This document shows positions 46,291-55,660 of a stretch of DNA of 64,000 bases, piece after piece. Location: positions 64,001-128,000 of the forward strand of contig CAVPKK010000005.1 in NCBI GenBank assembly GCA_963705705.1. The letters are read 5' to 3'. Under the pieces are notes generated by a model, which saw only the letters and a program-made list of their open reading frames with translations, ran no database searches and was not told the DNA's origin. The position numbers and the translations under genes are program-made. Position 1 is the first letter of the stretch. Each line of letters begins with the position of its first letter. The stretch is from an uncultured bacterium. Lineage in GTDB: Bacteria; Babelota; Babeliae; Babelales; JABCYS01.

Positions 46291-48675
46291 TTACGCAGTT
46301 CTTACATTCTGCGCTGGTTTTACAACCTTCGATACTGATTTATTGCCACGTTTATCGATATCAGCAATTGCAGTCTTAATATTGCTCGATATTTCAGCAG
46401 GCAATTTGTTATTCAATAACGATGTAAGACGTTGCTTGGCCAAATCTGATTTGCCCAGGCGATCTAAACAATCTGCAAGGCGCAATTGAACATTAACAAG
46501 TTCCGGTTTTTGTTTTACCACCTGTGCAAAATATTGGGTGGCTTTATCGAATCTGCCGTTCTTATAATAAACTTCAGCCAAATTGTTCATGCCACGCAAA
46601 TCGCCTGGCATGCGCTTTAAGAATTCTTCATAAGCGGCAACAGCATGCGGTATATCACCCTTAAAGTAGAGTGCATTAGCGATTAAAAAGACCGCTTCAT
46701 GCAATCCAGGATTTAGAGTCAGGAGCTTTTGATAGCCATAAATCGCATCATCATATTTTTTGAGTTGCATACTCAATCGTGCATATTCATGAACGCCAGC
46801 CACATTGTTATCAAAGTCGCCATGTACTGCGGCATTCTTAAATGACTGCCATGCGCGTTCTAGGCAAGCTACTTTTTCTTTTTCTTCTTTTGCTAGATCG
46901 GCCTTAGCCAATGAAATACGCGCTCGATTGTAATGTGCTTTGCCGTAATATGGGCGAAGCGTGATCGCAATATCTAAGAACTTTTCAGCGATATCAAATT
47001 CCTTCTTCTGGATGTAGAAGGAAGCTAAATTGTTGTGCGCTTCTGGGTAGTATGGATGGATGCGAAGACCTTGTTTAAGCACATCAATCGCTTCGTCTAT
47101 TTTGCCCAATGAAGAAAATGCAACTGCCAAGTTATTTATCGGATCGGGATAGATACGATCCATCTGAATTGCTTTTTTAAAGTGTGGAATCGCTTCTTTG
47201 TATTTACCATTTTCTGATAAAGCTACGCCATAGTTGTTATATGCACGAGCACGGCCTGGTGCATTTTTTAAAACATTCTCCCAAAAAGCTTCGCCTGAAC
47301 TCCATACTTTATTGCGATCATACGTCCCTACTGCTAGAAGTGATGCGCATGTCACTATCGGTAGATATTGGAGGGCTGCCCACCTGGTTTTTTTTTCAGT
47401 ATTAGGATCTGATTCACCGCTTAGGCGCAGAGCTACATATTCAATGGCATATACCAATACCGCGGCGAGCACAAAGAGCCAGCCAACAGAGGCGAGATAG
47501 GTTTTATAATCTGCAACTAGTTCTGTTGCAGGAATAAATGATGCACGTGGTGCTATCGTAATAAAGAACCATAAAAGGCCAAAACTAACCAAACTGGTTG
47601 TGTTGCGTTTGAGAAGCATGTATATGTAGGCACCAATAGCGAGTAGTGCTGCCAATGGCAAAATGCAATCAGGAGCAAACACGCCTTTAACCATCTTCCA
47701 ATCATAGTCAACGCTGATGTTGAATGGCCAGAGGAAGATGCCAAGATAATGCAAAATAACTTTGAATTGTGAGATGAAGAATGGCCATGGTCTAATCAGA
47801 TCAGTACGATTCTCAGTGAGCTCATTACCAATATTATTTGGTAATGCTTTTTTCATGGTAAGTATTTCAATAAAGAAGCTTGGCTTCAGGAAATAGAGGT
47901 AAAGCAGCCATACGATGCTGGCAACCATTGCGTGCTGCCACCAGCGTGATTTTAGACTTTTCCAATCACCTTGGGCAACAAAGAACCAATCAACTAATAC
48001 GAGCAGTACAGGAGATATAATCGCGCACTCTTTGGTGCCAGTCGAAAGCGCAGCTAACACAAAAAGAAGCAGGCCAAGCAGTGCCTTGCCTACAGTGTTT
48101 TGCACGCTATTAAGTAGTAAAAAGCAGCAGATCATTAACAGAATAAATAGTCCAGCAAGTCCTTCCAACCGACCTTGAATCACATACGACACGGTTTGTG
48201 ATTGCACGGGATGAAGCATGAATAGCGTCGCGGTAAAGAGCGCGATTGGGTATGCGTTGGAATGGAAGAATGAATTGCTAAAACGCGACTCTTGATCCTT
48301 GGAATTTTTTGGTTTGCGCAGTAATGACAATGCATAGTATACGAAGAAGAAAACAATTAATGAGGTGAAAATATGAAAACAGATATTGAATAATCGATAA
48401 TAATGTGGGTCTAATGGATTTCCAGTTCCCATGCGATAATTCATTGCATTGAGCCAGGTGCCAATCCAACGCGCATGATGGAAAAATAGAGATTTAAATG
48501 TCTCGGTACGAATATTAAAAAATTTAAGAATGTTGGCGATGTCATCAAATTGAAATGCATAATCTACTGATTGATAATAGACCCAGAAGGTGGTGGCAGC
48601 TAATGCCAGCGGGGCTATAACAAACTTAAGCAGTTTTGATAGTAGTGATTCTGATTGTGTGTGTGTAAGTTCCAT
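46291..48675 (-). CDS. TMTC-like multi-TM GT-C glycosyltransferase fused to TPR repeats
   Basis: FQFDD, HPVQSQTVSY..GR, KE and C-terminal TPRs. Start MELTH follows a GGGAG SD (ORF track start 48741). Confidence 0.82.
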   Translation of the reverse strand: MELTHTQSESLLSKLLKFVIAPLALAATTFWVYYQSVDYAFQFDDIANILKFFNIRTETFKSLFFHHARWIGTWLNAMNYRMGTGNPLDPHYYRLFNICFHIFTSLIVFFFVYYALSLLRKPKNSKDQESRFSNSFFHSNAYPIALFTATLFMLHPVQSQTVSYVIQGRLEGLAGLFILLMICCFLLLNSVQNTVGKALLGLLLFVLAALSTGTKECAIISPVLLVLVDWFFVAQGDWKSLKSRWWQHAMVASIVWLLYLYFLKPSFFIEILTMKKALPNNIGNELTENRTDLIRPWPFFISQFKVILHYLGIFLWPFNISVDYDWKMVKGVFAPDCILPLAALLAIGAYIYMLLKRNTTSLVSFGLLWFFITIAPRASFIPATELVADYKTYLASVGWLFVLAAVLVYAIEYVALRLSGESDPNTEKKTRWAALQYLPIVTCASLLAVGTYDRNKVWSSGEAFWENVLKNAPGRARAYNNYGVALSENGKYKEAIPHFKKAIQMDRIYPDPINNLAVAFSSLGKIDEAIDVLKQGLRIHPYYPEAHNNLASFYIQKKEFDIAEKFLDIAITLRPYYGKAHYNRARISLAKADLAKEEKEKVACLERAWQSFKNAAVHGDFDNNVAGVHEYARLSMQLKKYDDAIYGYQKLLTLNPGLHEAVFLIANALYFKGDIPHAVAAYEEFLKRMPGDLRGMNNLAEVYYKNGRFDKATQYFAQVVKQKPELVNVQLRLADCLDRLGKSDLAKQRLTSLLNNKLPAEISSNIKTAIADIDKRGNKSVSKVVKPAQNVRTA

Positions 48676-48706
48676 ATGCTCTCCCAACAAAAATTGCTGA
48701 TGTAAT

Positions 48707-48730
48707 CGCGCCCGTAGCCCTGTTGAAGGG
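48707..48730. repeat. Degenerate palindromic-element half copy
   Basis: CGCGCCCGTAGCCCTGTTGAAGGG resembles CGCCCTGAGCCTGTCGAAGGG. Confidence 0.4.
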
Positions 48731-48773
48731 TGTTTGGGCATTTTTTAGTTTCACTTAACGACGGCACAGTGTA

Positions 48774-49565
48774 TTGCAGCAAAAAAACAAGATCAATATG
48801 GATATGATATACTTGATCTTGTATGTATCTTTATATGAGTGGAAAAAAATGATAACAGTACACAAGCTGGCTGGAATACTCAGCACATTCATTGCATCTG
48901 CCTTAGCATATTTTCTAGTCACTATCTTTAGCGGCTACTTACAGGCGCGCGTAGCTAAGAAGTTGGGTGATCGCACAGCGGAAGAAGCTGGATTTCTAAC
49001 ACTGAACCCGGCGGTCTATTTCGACCCGATCGGATTTATAGCATTTTTGGTGTTCAATTTTGGATGGGGCAAAATAGTTCCTATTAATCCGCTCAATTTT
49101 ACTGGCAAGCATAAACAGCTTGAAGCTCTTTTTGTTTTTAGCAGTAGAGCGGTCGCCAATTTCATATTGGCCATAACTACATTGTTTATTGGTGCTACCT
49201 GCCTTGGCGGCTTCATGCAAAATCTTCCAATGCCAGCATTTTTTGTAGCGCATGTGGGTTTAAAGAAAGCATTGGCAGTTGTAATTTTGCGCATGGCTTA
49301 TTTTAGTCTGGCGTTTGCATTTTTCTCATTTATGATGGCTATGTTGCGCTCGTTGACCTTGTTTGGTTTTTCAAAATTTCGCCTTGGTGAATGGCATGAA
49401 GCAGAATTGGTTGCTGTAGCATTAACCATTCTCTTTATTTATTTCTTTGGGGAAACCATAAACATTGCTGTGGTAGTTATCATGTACAGCATCGAAGCCT
49501 TCATTTGGCATTGGTGGTCATGGCTTGCAACGCTTCTCGGATTCATAAGTATGTATAAAAGTTAA
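48774..49565 (+). CDS. Site-2 protease (M50)-like membrane protein with degenerate active site
   Basis: A.KLGD.TA...G.LTLNP...FDPIG and FGWGK.VPINP.NF are present but HEXXH is absent; probable start MITVHK. Confidence 0.72.
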   Translation: MQQKNKINMDMIYLILYVSLYEWKKMITVHKLAGILSTFIASALAYFLVTIFSGYLQARVAKKLGDRTAEEAGFLTLNPAVYFDPIGFIAFLVFNFGWGKIVPINPLNFTGKHKQLEALFVFSSRAVANFILAITTLFIGATCLGGFMQNLPMPAFFVAHVGLKKALAVVILRMAYFSLAFAFFSFMMAMLRSLTLFGFSKFRLGEWHEAELVAVALTILFIYFFGETINIAVVVIMYSIEAFIWHWWSWLATLLGFISMYKS

Positions 49566-49573
49566 GGCACATA

Positions 49574-50782
49574 ATGTCATTTGAAAAAATACAGCGCGGC
49601 ACAGTCCAAATAATTCCTGCCGACGAACTCAAACAAAAATTGGCATCAGGTAAAAAATTAAAAATTAAGTTGGGCGTCGATCCTACGGCTCCTGATCTTC
49701 ATCTTGGCCATGCGGTTGTTTTGCGCAAGCTGCGTGAGTTTCAAGATCTTGGCCATGAAATAACATTAGTTATTGGGGATTTTACGGCGCGCATCGGCGA
49801 TCCAACGGGCCGATCAAAAACACGGCCACCACTCTCTGATGCTGATATCGCTCACAATACGCAAACATATTTGGCGCAAGTGGGCAAAATATTAGATTTA
49901 GGAACGCTGCGAGTTGAAAAAGGTGTTACGCGTGGATTGGTATCATTCAACTCTTCCTGGCTCGATCTACTCACCATGAAAGATTTTGTGCAGTTGTGTG
50001 CCAAGGTCACCGTCGCGCGTCTTTTAGAGCGTGAAGATTTTGCACAGCGCTTCAAAGAACATACGCCCATTAGTTTTCATGAACTGCTATATCCTTTATT
50101 CCAAGGCTATGATTCGGTAGCGTTAGAATCAGACGTTGAGCTTGGCGGAACCGATCAAACATTCAACTTATTGATGGGTCGATTCTTGCAGGAGCAGTTT
50201 GGCCAATCGCCGCAAGCTGTTATTACCACACCATTATTAGTCGGCTTAGATGGTGTCAATAAAATGTCTAAATCATTGGGCAATAGTATTGGCATTGCAG
50301 AGCCGGCAGATCAAGCGTATGGCAAATTAATGTCTATTTCAGACACCTTGATGTGGCAATACTATGAACTATTGGTTGGAAAATCAGCCCAAGAAATTGA
50401 GCAGATGAAAAAGGATGTGGCTTCAGGTATTGCACATCCCATGAAATTAAAAAAAGAAATGGCACATAGCATCGTGGCGAAATTTTGGTCTGCAGTGCAG
50501 GCCGATGAAGCGCAGACGCAATTTGAGGCATTGTTCCAGAAGAAAGATTACTCGCAAGCAGCTCCAGTTTCGTTGCTTGAGGGAACGCCGAATCCCATTG
50601 GCATCATCGAACTATTAAAGCTTTTAAATGCTGCACCAAGCAACACTGAAGCAAAACGCCTGATTGAAGGCGGTGCCGTGCATATCGATAGTGAAAAAAT
50701 TGAGGATATTAAGGCCTCAATTAAATGGCATGCGGGGCAAACGATTCGAGTTGGGAAACATCGGATTTATGTGCTGAGCTAG
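49574..50782 (+). CDS. tyrS: Tyrosine--tRNA ligase
   Basis: GVDPTAPDLHLGH, ELGGTDQTFN, KMSKS and a C-terminal S4 domain. Confidence 0.97.
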   Translation: MSFEKIQRGTVQIIPADELKQKLASGKKLKIKLGVDPTAPDLHLGHAVVLRKLREFQDLGHEITLVIGDFTARIGDPTGRSKTRPPLSDADIAHNTQTYLAQVGKILDLGTLRVEKGVTRGLVSFNSSWLDLLTMKDFVQLCAKVTVARLLEREDFAQRFKEHTPISFHELLYPLFQGYDSVALESDVELGGTDQTFNLLMGRFLQEQFGQSPQAVITTPLLVGLDGVNKMSKSLGNSIGIAEPADQAYGKLMSISDTLMWQYYELLVGKSAQEIEQMKKDVASGIAHPMKLKKEMAHSIVAKFWSAVQADEAQTQFEALFQKKDYSQAAPVSLLEGTPNPIGIIELLKLLNAAPSNTEAKRLIEGGAVHIDSEKIEDIKASIKWHAGQTIRVGKHRIYVLS

Positions 50783-51446
50783 CAGGTCTAACGGCTGTTG
50801 CATGCATAAATTCCTCAACCTTTTTCATATGAGCCGCGCATAGTTCAGGATTATTTTCGAATTCTTCGTCGCAATCGAGTATTAATACGGGAACATTCTT
50901 AAGCTCAGCGATAACGCCAGATTTGTCGAGCAGGTATTCAGTGTGGCGATCATCAATCTGTTTCATATATTCCAACGTGATACCATCTTCCGAACTGCGA
51001 TTACGTTTCTGCTTTCGTTCAAAAGCAATTTCAGGTGTGGTGCGCAAGTAAATGATACCTTTTGGTGGTTTGCATTTGCCAGGCACGAGGAAATTGAACC
51101 ATTGCAAATATAAGTTCCATTCCAATGGCGTCATAAAGCCATATTCGACATTATTCTTTGTAAAAACATACATGCCCGAATATATCGATCGTTCCATTAC
51201 CAAGAATGGTGATGGATTTTGCTGCATAGCCATATGATAGCGCGCCCGTTGGATCATGGTCCATGTTTCCATGGTATAGGCCCACCGCTTTGTATCTTCG
51301 TAGAATTTGGTCAATATGGAGCCGCCATCCTCTGACTGCCAATGTTCACGTGGCTCATAGGCTATAGTGGCATAAGGAATATGCTGCGCAAGCAGAGTTA
51401 AAAAAGTGGATTTTCCAGCACCGATATTGCCTTCGACTAGATACAT
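50721..51446 (-). CDS. Deoxynucleoside kinase
   Basis: VEGNIGAGKST, ERSIYS and RNRSSE. Confidence 0.92.
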   Translation of the reverse strand: MYLVEGNIGAGKSTFLTLLAQHIPYATIAYEPREHWQSEDGGSILTKFYEDTKRWAYTMETWTMIQRARYHMAMQQNPSPFLVMERSIYSGMYVFTKNNVEYGFMTPLEWNLYLQWFNFLVPGKCKPPKGIIYLRTTPEIAFERKQKRNRSSEDGITLEYMKQIDDRHTEYLLDKSGVIAELKNVPVLILDCDEEFENNPELCAAHMKKVEEFMHATAVRPASSAHKSDVSQLESFAPHAI

Positions 51447-51513
51447 TTTTGCGGAACTCCTAATTGCTGTGATTTGATGGTATAAGTATCGCCGATCTAA
51501 CGGATTTTCTCAA

Positions 51514-52170
51514 ATGGCAGAGAGCATAATGAACCATAAAAAGACCTTTATTATCGTAACGATTCTGGTTATCCCCTTGGCTTATGCTACCTACCAACGC
51601 AACTTGGTCTGGCAATCAGAAGAATCATTTTGGTACGATGTTCTACAGCATGCACCGAATCGTGCCCGAGCACATAATAATTATGGCGTCGCCTTGTATG
51701 AACAACGGAAGTTCGCGCTTGCCCTTACATCTTTTCAGCGGGCAATAGAGCTCGATGCGCTTTACCCCGACCCTATTAATAATGCTGGGCTTTGCTACTC
51801 GGCACTTGGTAAGGTGGATGAGGCGATCGATATGCTCAAAAAAAGTCTTGAATTAAATAAGTATGTGCCAGAAATATACGAAAATCTTGCCGGCCTATTT
51901 ATCTATAAAAGGGACTACCCTCGGGCAGAAAAATGCGTGAACAATGCTCTGAAGCTCCGACCGCATTATGGCAAGGCATACGTTCAACGAGGCCGTATGT
52001 ATTTGACACAACTGCAAGAGCTGAAGGAAACATCTACTATCCGCAATGAATTATTGATAAATGCTTGTAAAGCATATCAGGATGCGTGCACAATTGCTGA
52101 TCTTGATAATGATAGAGAAACTCGCGCTATGTATGAGCATTTACGCCGACAATGCGGATCAATAAGTTAA
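51514..52170 (+). CDS. Membrane-anchored TPR protein, partial paralog of 46291..48675
   Basis: TYQRNLVWQSEESFW...APNRARAHNNYGVAL...YPDPINN...LRPHYGKA matches the C-terminal half of the TMTC-like protein. Confidence 0.85.
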   Translation: MAESIMNHKKTFIIVTILVIPLAYATYQRNLVWQSEESFWYDVLQHAPNRARAHNNYGVALYEQRKFALALTSFQRAIELDALYPDPINNAGLCYSALGKVDEAIDMLKKSLELNKYVPEIYENLAGLFIYKRDYPRAEKCVNNALKLRPHYGKAYVQRGRMYLTQLQELKETSTIRNELLINACKAYQDACTIADLDNDRETRAMYEHLRRQCGSIS

Positions 52171-52190
52171 AAAATTTCTGAGTTGCTTGA

Positions 52191-52820
52191 TTAACTAAAT
52201 TGCCCTTCAAACACAATTTCATTGAGCGGCTTGCGATCACTTGGATGCTCCCTTGCGCGCAGATAGTCAGGCAATGTTTCAGGGTCGCCTGGTTTGCCGA
52301 TAGCTACCATTAATTCGATAGTGAAATTGCTTGGCAAATTAATCAATGGCACTGCTGCATCACGATCAAATCCACCAATGCCATGAACAACTAAATTGTT
52401 GAGGGTTCCTTGCAACGCTAAATTTTCCCAGGCAGCTCCGGCATCAAGGGCATGGGAATATATAGGTTTGCCGGATAACTCATGCGTGTGTTGCGATACG
52501 ATGAGAACGAGTGCAGAGGCATTTTGCGCCCATATACGATTACCCGGTGAGAGAAGGTCTAAAAATGTTGGCCAATAATGAGTGTCGCGCTTTGCATAGA
52601 TAAAACGCCAGGGTTGCCGATTGCCACCTGATGGTGCCCAACGGGCTGCTTCAAAAAGAGGCATGAGTTCACTATCTGTTATAGCTTCACCAGACATTGC
52701 ACGTGCCGACCATCTATTCAGAAATAGTTGGTCAATCGGATAGGCGGACTTACGGGTGATATCACTATATAAAGGCAAAAAAATGATTACAAATAAAGCT
52801 AGTTTTGATAGGCGCAACAT
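52191..52820 (-). CDS. Nitroreductase-family protein with signal peptide
   Basis: RWSARAM and AARWAPSGGNRQPWRF; N-terminal MLRLSKLALFVIIFLPLYS. Confidence 0.88.
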   Translation of the reverse strand: MLRLSKLALFVIIFLPLYSDITRKSAYPIDQLFLNRWSARAMSGEAITDSELMPLFEAARWAPSGGNRQPWRFIYAKRDTHYWPTFLDLLSPGNRIWAQNASALVLIVSQHTHELSGKPIYSHALDAGAAWENLALQGTLNNLVVHGIGGFDRDAAVPLINLPSNFTIELMVAIGKPGDPETLPDYLRAREHPSDRKPLNEIVFEGQFS

Positions 52821-52829
52821 ACTATTTCC

Positions 52830-53399
52830 TTATTTAAATGTACCTTCAAATACTATTTCATTGAGTGGTTTGCGATCATTCGGTTGTTCAACTGCTTGTA
52901 ATTTTTCTGGCAAGCTTTCAGTTTTTCCATGTCTGCCAATTGCAATCATGGCCTCAACGGTATAATCGGCGGGCAAGTTAGCGAGTTTGGCCGCGGCATC
53001 GTAATTAAAGCCTTCCATTCCATGAGCCACCAAATTACTAGCCTCTGCTTGTAGCGCCAAATTCTCCCAGGCAGCTCCGGTATCAAAGCTATGGGTGCGC
53101 GAAGGTTTACCGGTCTTTTCAAAATTATTATGGGATGCAACAATCACTAAAGCAGCTGCATCTTTAGCCCATATACGGTTGCTTTCGGCTAATAAGGCTA
53201 AGAATTGAGGCCAATGCTCTGTGTCGCGCTTGGCGTAAATAAAGCGCCAGGGCTGATTATTGTATGAAGATGGCGCCCAACGTGCAGCCTCGAAAAGAGT
53301 CATCAACTCTTTTTCACTGATTGGCTCACCAGACATTGCGCGCGGCGACCACCGCTTAATAAAAATATTTTCGATTGGATAGTTTGGTTTACGTGCCAT
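52830..53399 (-). CDS. Nitroreductase-family protein
   Basis: RWSPRAM, AARWAPSSYNNQPWRF and DTGAAW. Confidence 0.92.
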   Translation of the reverse strand: MARKPNYPIENIFIKRWSPRAMSGEPISEKELMTLFEAARWAPSSYNNQPWRFIYAKRDTEHWPQFLALLAESNRIWAKDAAALVIVASHNNFEKTGKPSRTHSFDTGAAWENLALQAEASNLVAHGMEGFNYDAAAKLANLPADYTVEAMIAIGRHGKTESLPEKLQAVEQPNDRKPLNEIVFEGTFK

Positions 53400-53463
53400 G
53401 ATACTTCTCCTTTATTTCAAGCAACATATCGCACTTTACCGCTGGAATGCAAGAATTTACCAT

Positions 53464-54789
53464 TTAAACATGCAACAACTCATCCCACTGCGTAGTATAT
53501 CGTTGAGAACGTAGCTGGCGGTTTGACTTCCAATGTTGGTCAACGCCTGAAGCGGCGAAAAAGACAGTACGTGAACCCCACTTGTTATTTACCTCATCAA
53601 CAGCTTGCATTGCATGAGTTTGTTTTGGTATTTCCTCGGTTGGGATAAATAACGGCAATTGTGCTGTGTGCCCAGGCGATAAATCAACGAGCATGATGCC
53701 GGCTTTTTTGTAGGCAAAATCAGGCCGATACATCTGTTCAACCATTTTTGTGGCAGCGGCAATCATAGTTGGAGTATATGCCGTCGGAAGCTCAAGCATA
53801 TGAATATTGCTATTGTGATAGCGATGCTCTTGCGCTACAAACCAACTTGTTTGTAGCCAAACGCATATGCCACCGCATAATTGCTTTTGCTCGCGCAATG
53901 TTTCGGCAGCAATAGTTACATAGGTAGCAACGGCTTCTTTTAATGAAGATAATGTTCGTACCGGCACGCCAAAGGAACGAGATTTTATGATGGTTTGATT
54001 CGGGGCTTTGATCTCTTCAAGCGAAATACAAGGAATACCGCGCAGCTCCCATATAGTTCGCAATCCATTAATGGTCATTTTTTTACGGATCCATTCATCG
54101 GGCATGGTGAGCAACTTCGCCGTTGTCCGGATGTTATAGCTATTGAGTTTATTGCTGTAACGATAGCCGATACCCCATACATCGCCGACGGGTAAATTTT
54201 GTAGTGCGGCATCAATGGCTGCTTGGGTGTCTAAATAACAAACGCCGGGAGACTGGCGGCCGATACCTAAGCTTGGCCTTCCTCTAGAGGCTTTTTTCGC
54301 CATATCGTTCGCAACTTTTGCAAGCGTCTTGGTTGGGGCTAGCCCGAATGAAACGGGGACGCCAGTCCATTGCGTGACGCGATCGCGAAGTGCTTGCGCA
54401 TATAAAAAACGTTGCTCTGCTGGGATTGTTGTTAGATCAATAAAGGCCTCGTCGATGGAATAAATCTCTATTGATGGCGAATATTCAGTCAAAGTGTTCA
54501 TGATGCGAGCCGACATGTCGGAATACAGCTCAAAGTTTGATGAATAAACTTTTACATTATGATCCTTCAAGACCTTTTGATACTTGAAGGCGGCTGCGCC
54601 CATAGGAATGCCAAGCTTTTTTGCTTCTTCTGAGCGCGCAATAATGCAACCATCATTGCTTGAAAGAACAACAACGGGGATACCCCACAGCTTAGGGTTG
54701 AATACACGCTCGCAGGAGACGAAGAAGTTGTTGCAATCAACAAGTGCAATGCAGCTACTTGGGTGTGTCATAAAAATTACTAGATGCAA
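53464..54789 (-). CDS. umuC: Y-family DNA polymerase V catalytic subunit
   Basis: ALVDCNNFFVSCERVF, VVLSSNDGC.IARS, YSIDEAF and S.RYTT.W.EL; probable start MTHPSS. Confidence 0.95.
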   Translation of the reverse strand: MHLVIFMTHPSSCIALVDCNNFFVSCERVFNPKLWGIPVVVLSSNDGCIIARSEEAKKLGIPMGAAAFKYQKVLKDHNVKVYSSNFELYSDMSARIMNTLTEYSPSIEIYSIDEAFIDLTTIPAEQRFLYAQALRDRVTQWTGVPVSFGLAPTKTLAKVANDMAKKASRGRPSLGIGRQSPGVCYLDTQAAIDAALQNLPVGDVWGIGYRYSNKLNSYNIRTTAKLLTMPDEWIRKKMTINGLRTIWELRGIPCISLEEIKAPNQTIIKSRSFGVPVRTLSSLKEAVATYVTIAAETLREQKQLCGGICVWLQTSWFVAQEHRYHNSNIHMLELPTAYTPTMIAAATKMVEQMYRPDFAYKKAGIMLVDLSPGHTAQLPLFIPTEEIPKQTHAMQAVDEVNNKWGSRTVFFAASGVDQHWKSNRQLRSQRYTTQWDELLHV

Positions 54790-54828
54790 ATTGTCGGTTT
54801 CTCATCAATCTGTTCAACTTGACTTAGG

Positions 54829-54954
54829 CGCGCTCATCCTGAGTTGATCGACCCTTCGATACATTTTGCTGCACAAAACACTCAGGGGGGGATTGGGGTC
54901 CCAAAACTCGGGTTCCCTTACAGGGTGAGTTTGGGGTAAAAGGATCATAGCGCG
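54829..54954. repeat. Three-level nested palindromic element between umuC and umuD
   Basis: A reversed type A element (CGCGCTCATCCTGAGTTGATCGA|AGGATCATAGCGCG) is split by a type B element and a GGGGTCCCAAAACTC...GAGTTTGGGGT hairpin. Confidence 0.85.
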
Positions 54955-55070
54955 AGAATGATTAAGCCCTAATTTTTATCAATTAATGAAAAGCCACTAA
55001 CCATTTGCATGCTTTAAAAATTGAGTAAAACTATACATACATAATTTTACTAGAGATCGTAAAAACAGCT

Positions 55071-55652
55071 ATGCAACAACAAAATAAGCGAAGTGAGCGT
55101 GAAGCTAAAAGCTTCAAGCGAGCGCAGCATAATTTAGATAATGAAAGTTATCAAAATAAGCGAAGTGAGCGTGAAGCCAAAAGCTTCAAGCGAGCGCAGC
55201 ACAATTTAGATAACGAAAATTATCAAAAAATGCCCAAAACTGTTTTCAAGCTACAAACAAATATCAAGTATGATATTCCGCTCATACTTGCACGAATTCC
55301 AGCAGGGTTCCCTTCGCCCGCTGAAGACTATGTAGAACAAAAACTTGATCTTAATCAGTATCTTATCAAACACCCATCAGCTACTTTTTTTGTGCGAGCT
55401 GATGGCGAATCGATGACGGGTGCCGGCATCAATTCTGGCGATATGCTTATCGTGGACCGGGCGACCAAGGCGGCAAATAATTCAGTGGTGCTCGCAGTAA
55501 TAAACGGCGATTTTACAATCAAACGGATTCGGAAAGTTGGTGAGAAAATATTCTTGATCCCAGAAAATCCAAATTTTAAGCCAATTGAAATCACGGCAGA
55601 TATGGAATTCGAAATCTGGGGCACGGTATTGCATGTTATTCGATCAATGTAG
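55071..55652 (+). CDS. umuD: DNA polymerase V subunit UmuD (S24 peptidase)
   Basis: IPAGFPSPAEDY cleavage site, GESM (Ser) and TIKR (Lys); alternative start at 55230 after the tandem repeat. Confidence 0.93.
   Translation: MQQQNKRSEREAKSFKRAQHNLDNESYQNKRSEREAKSFKRAQHNLDNENYQKMPKTVFKLQTNIKYDIPLILARIPAGFPSPAEDYVEQKLDLNQYLIKHPSATFFVRADGESMTGAGINSGDMLIVDRATKAANNSVVLAVINGDFTIKRIRKVGEKIFLIPENPNFKPIEITADMEFEIWGTVLHVIRSM
55080..55223 (+). repeat. 72-bp tandem duplication (two copies) at the umuD 5' end
   Basis: Encodes QNKRSEREAKSFKRAQHNLDNE(S/N)Y twice; each unit holds the hairpin TGAAGC(T/C)AAAAGCTTCA. Confidence 0.95.
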
Positions 55653-55660
55653 GATATAAG

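Noticed and set aside
54245..54295. Repeat-derived insertion in umuC (ASRGRPSLGIGRQSP)
   Set aside because: Only a short imperfect inverted repeat, with no match to types A or B.
55020..55060. Canonical LexA SOS box
   Set aside because: It matches neither CTGT-N8-ACAG nor GAAC-N4-GTTC; kept only as an unnamed inverted repeat.
55080..55223. CRISPR array
   Set aside because: Only two contiguous 72-bp units with no unique spacers and no cas genes. The dispersed palindromes elsewhere are not regularly spaced either.
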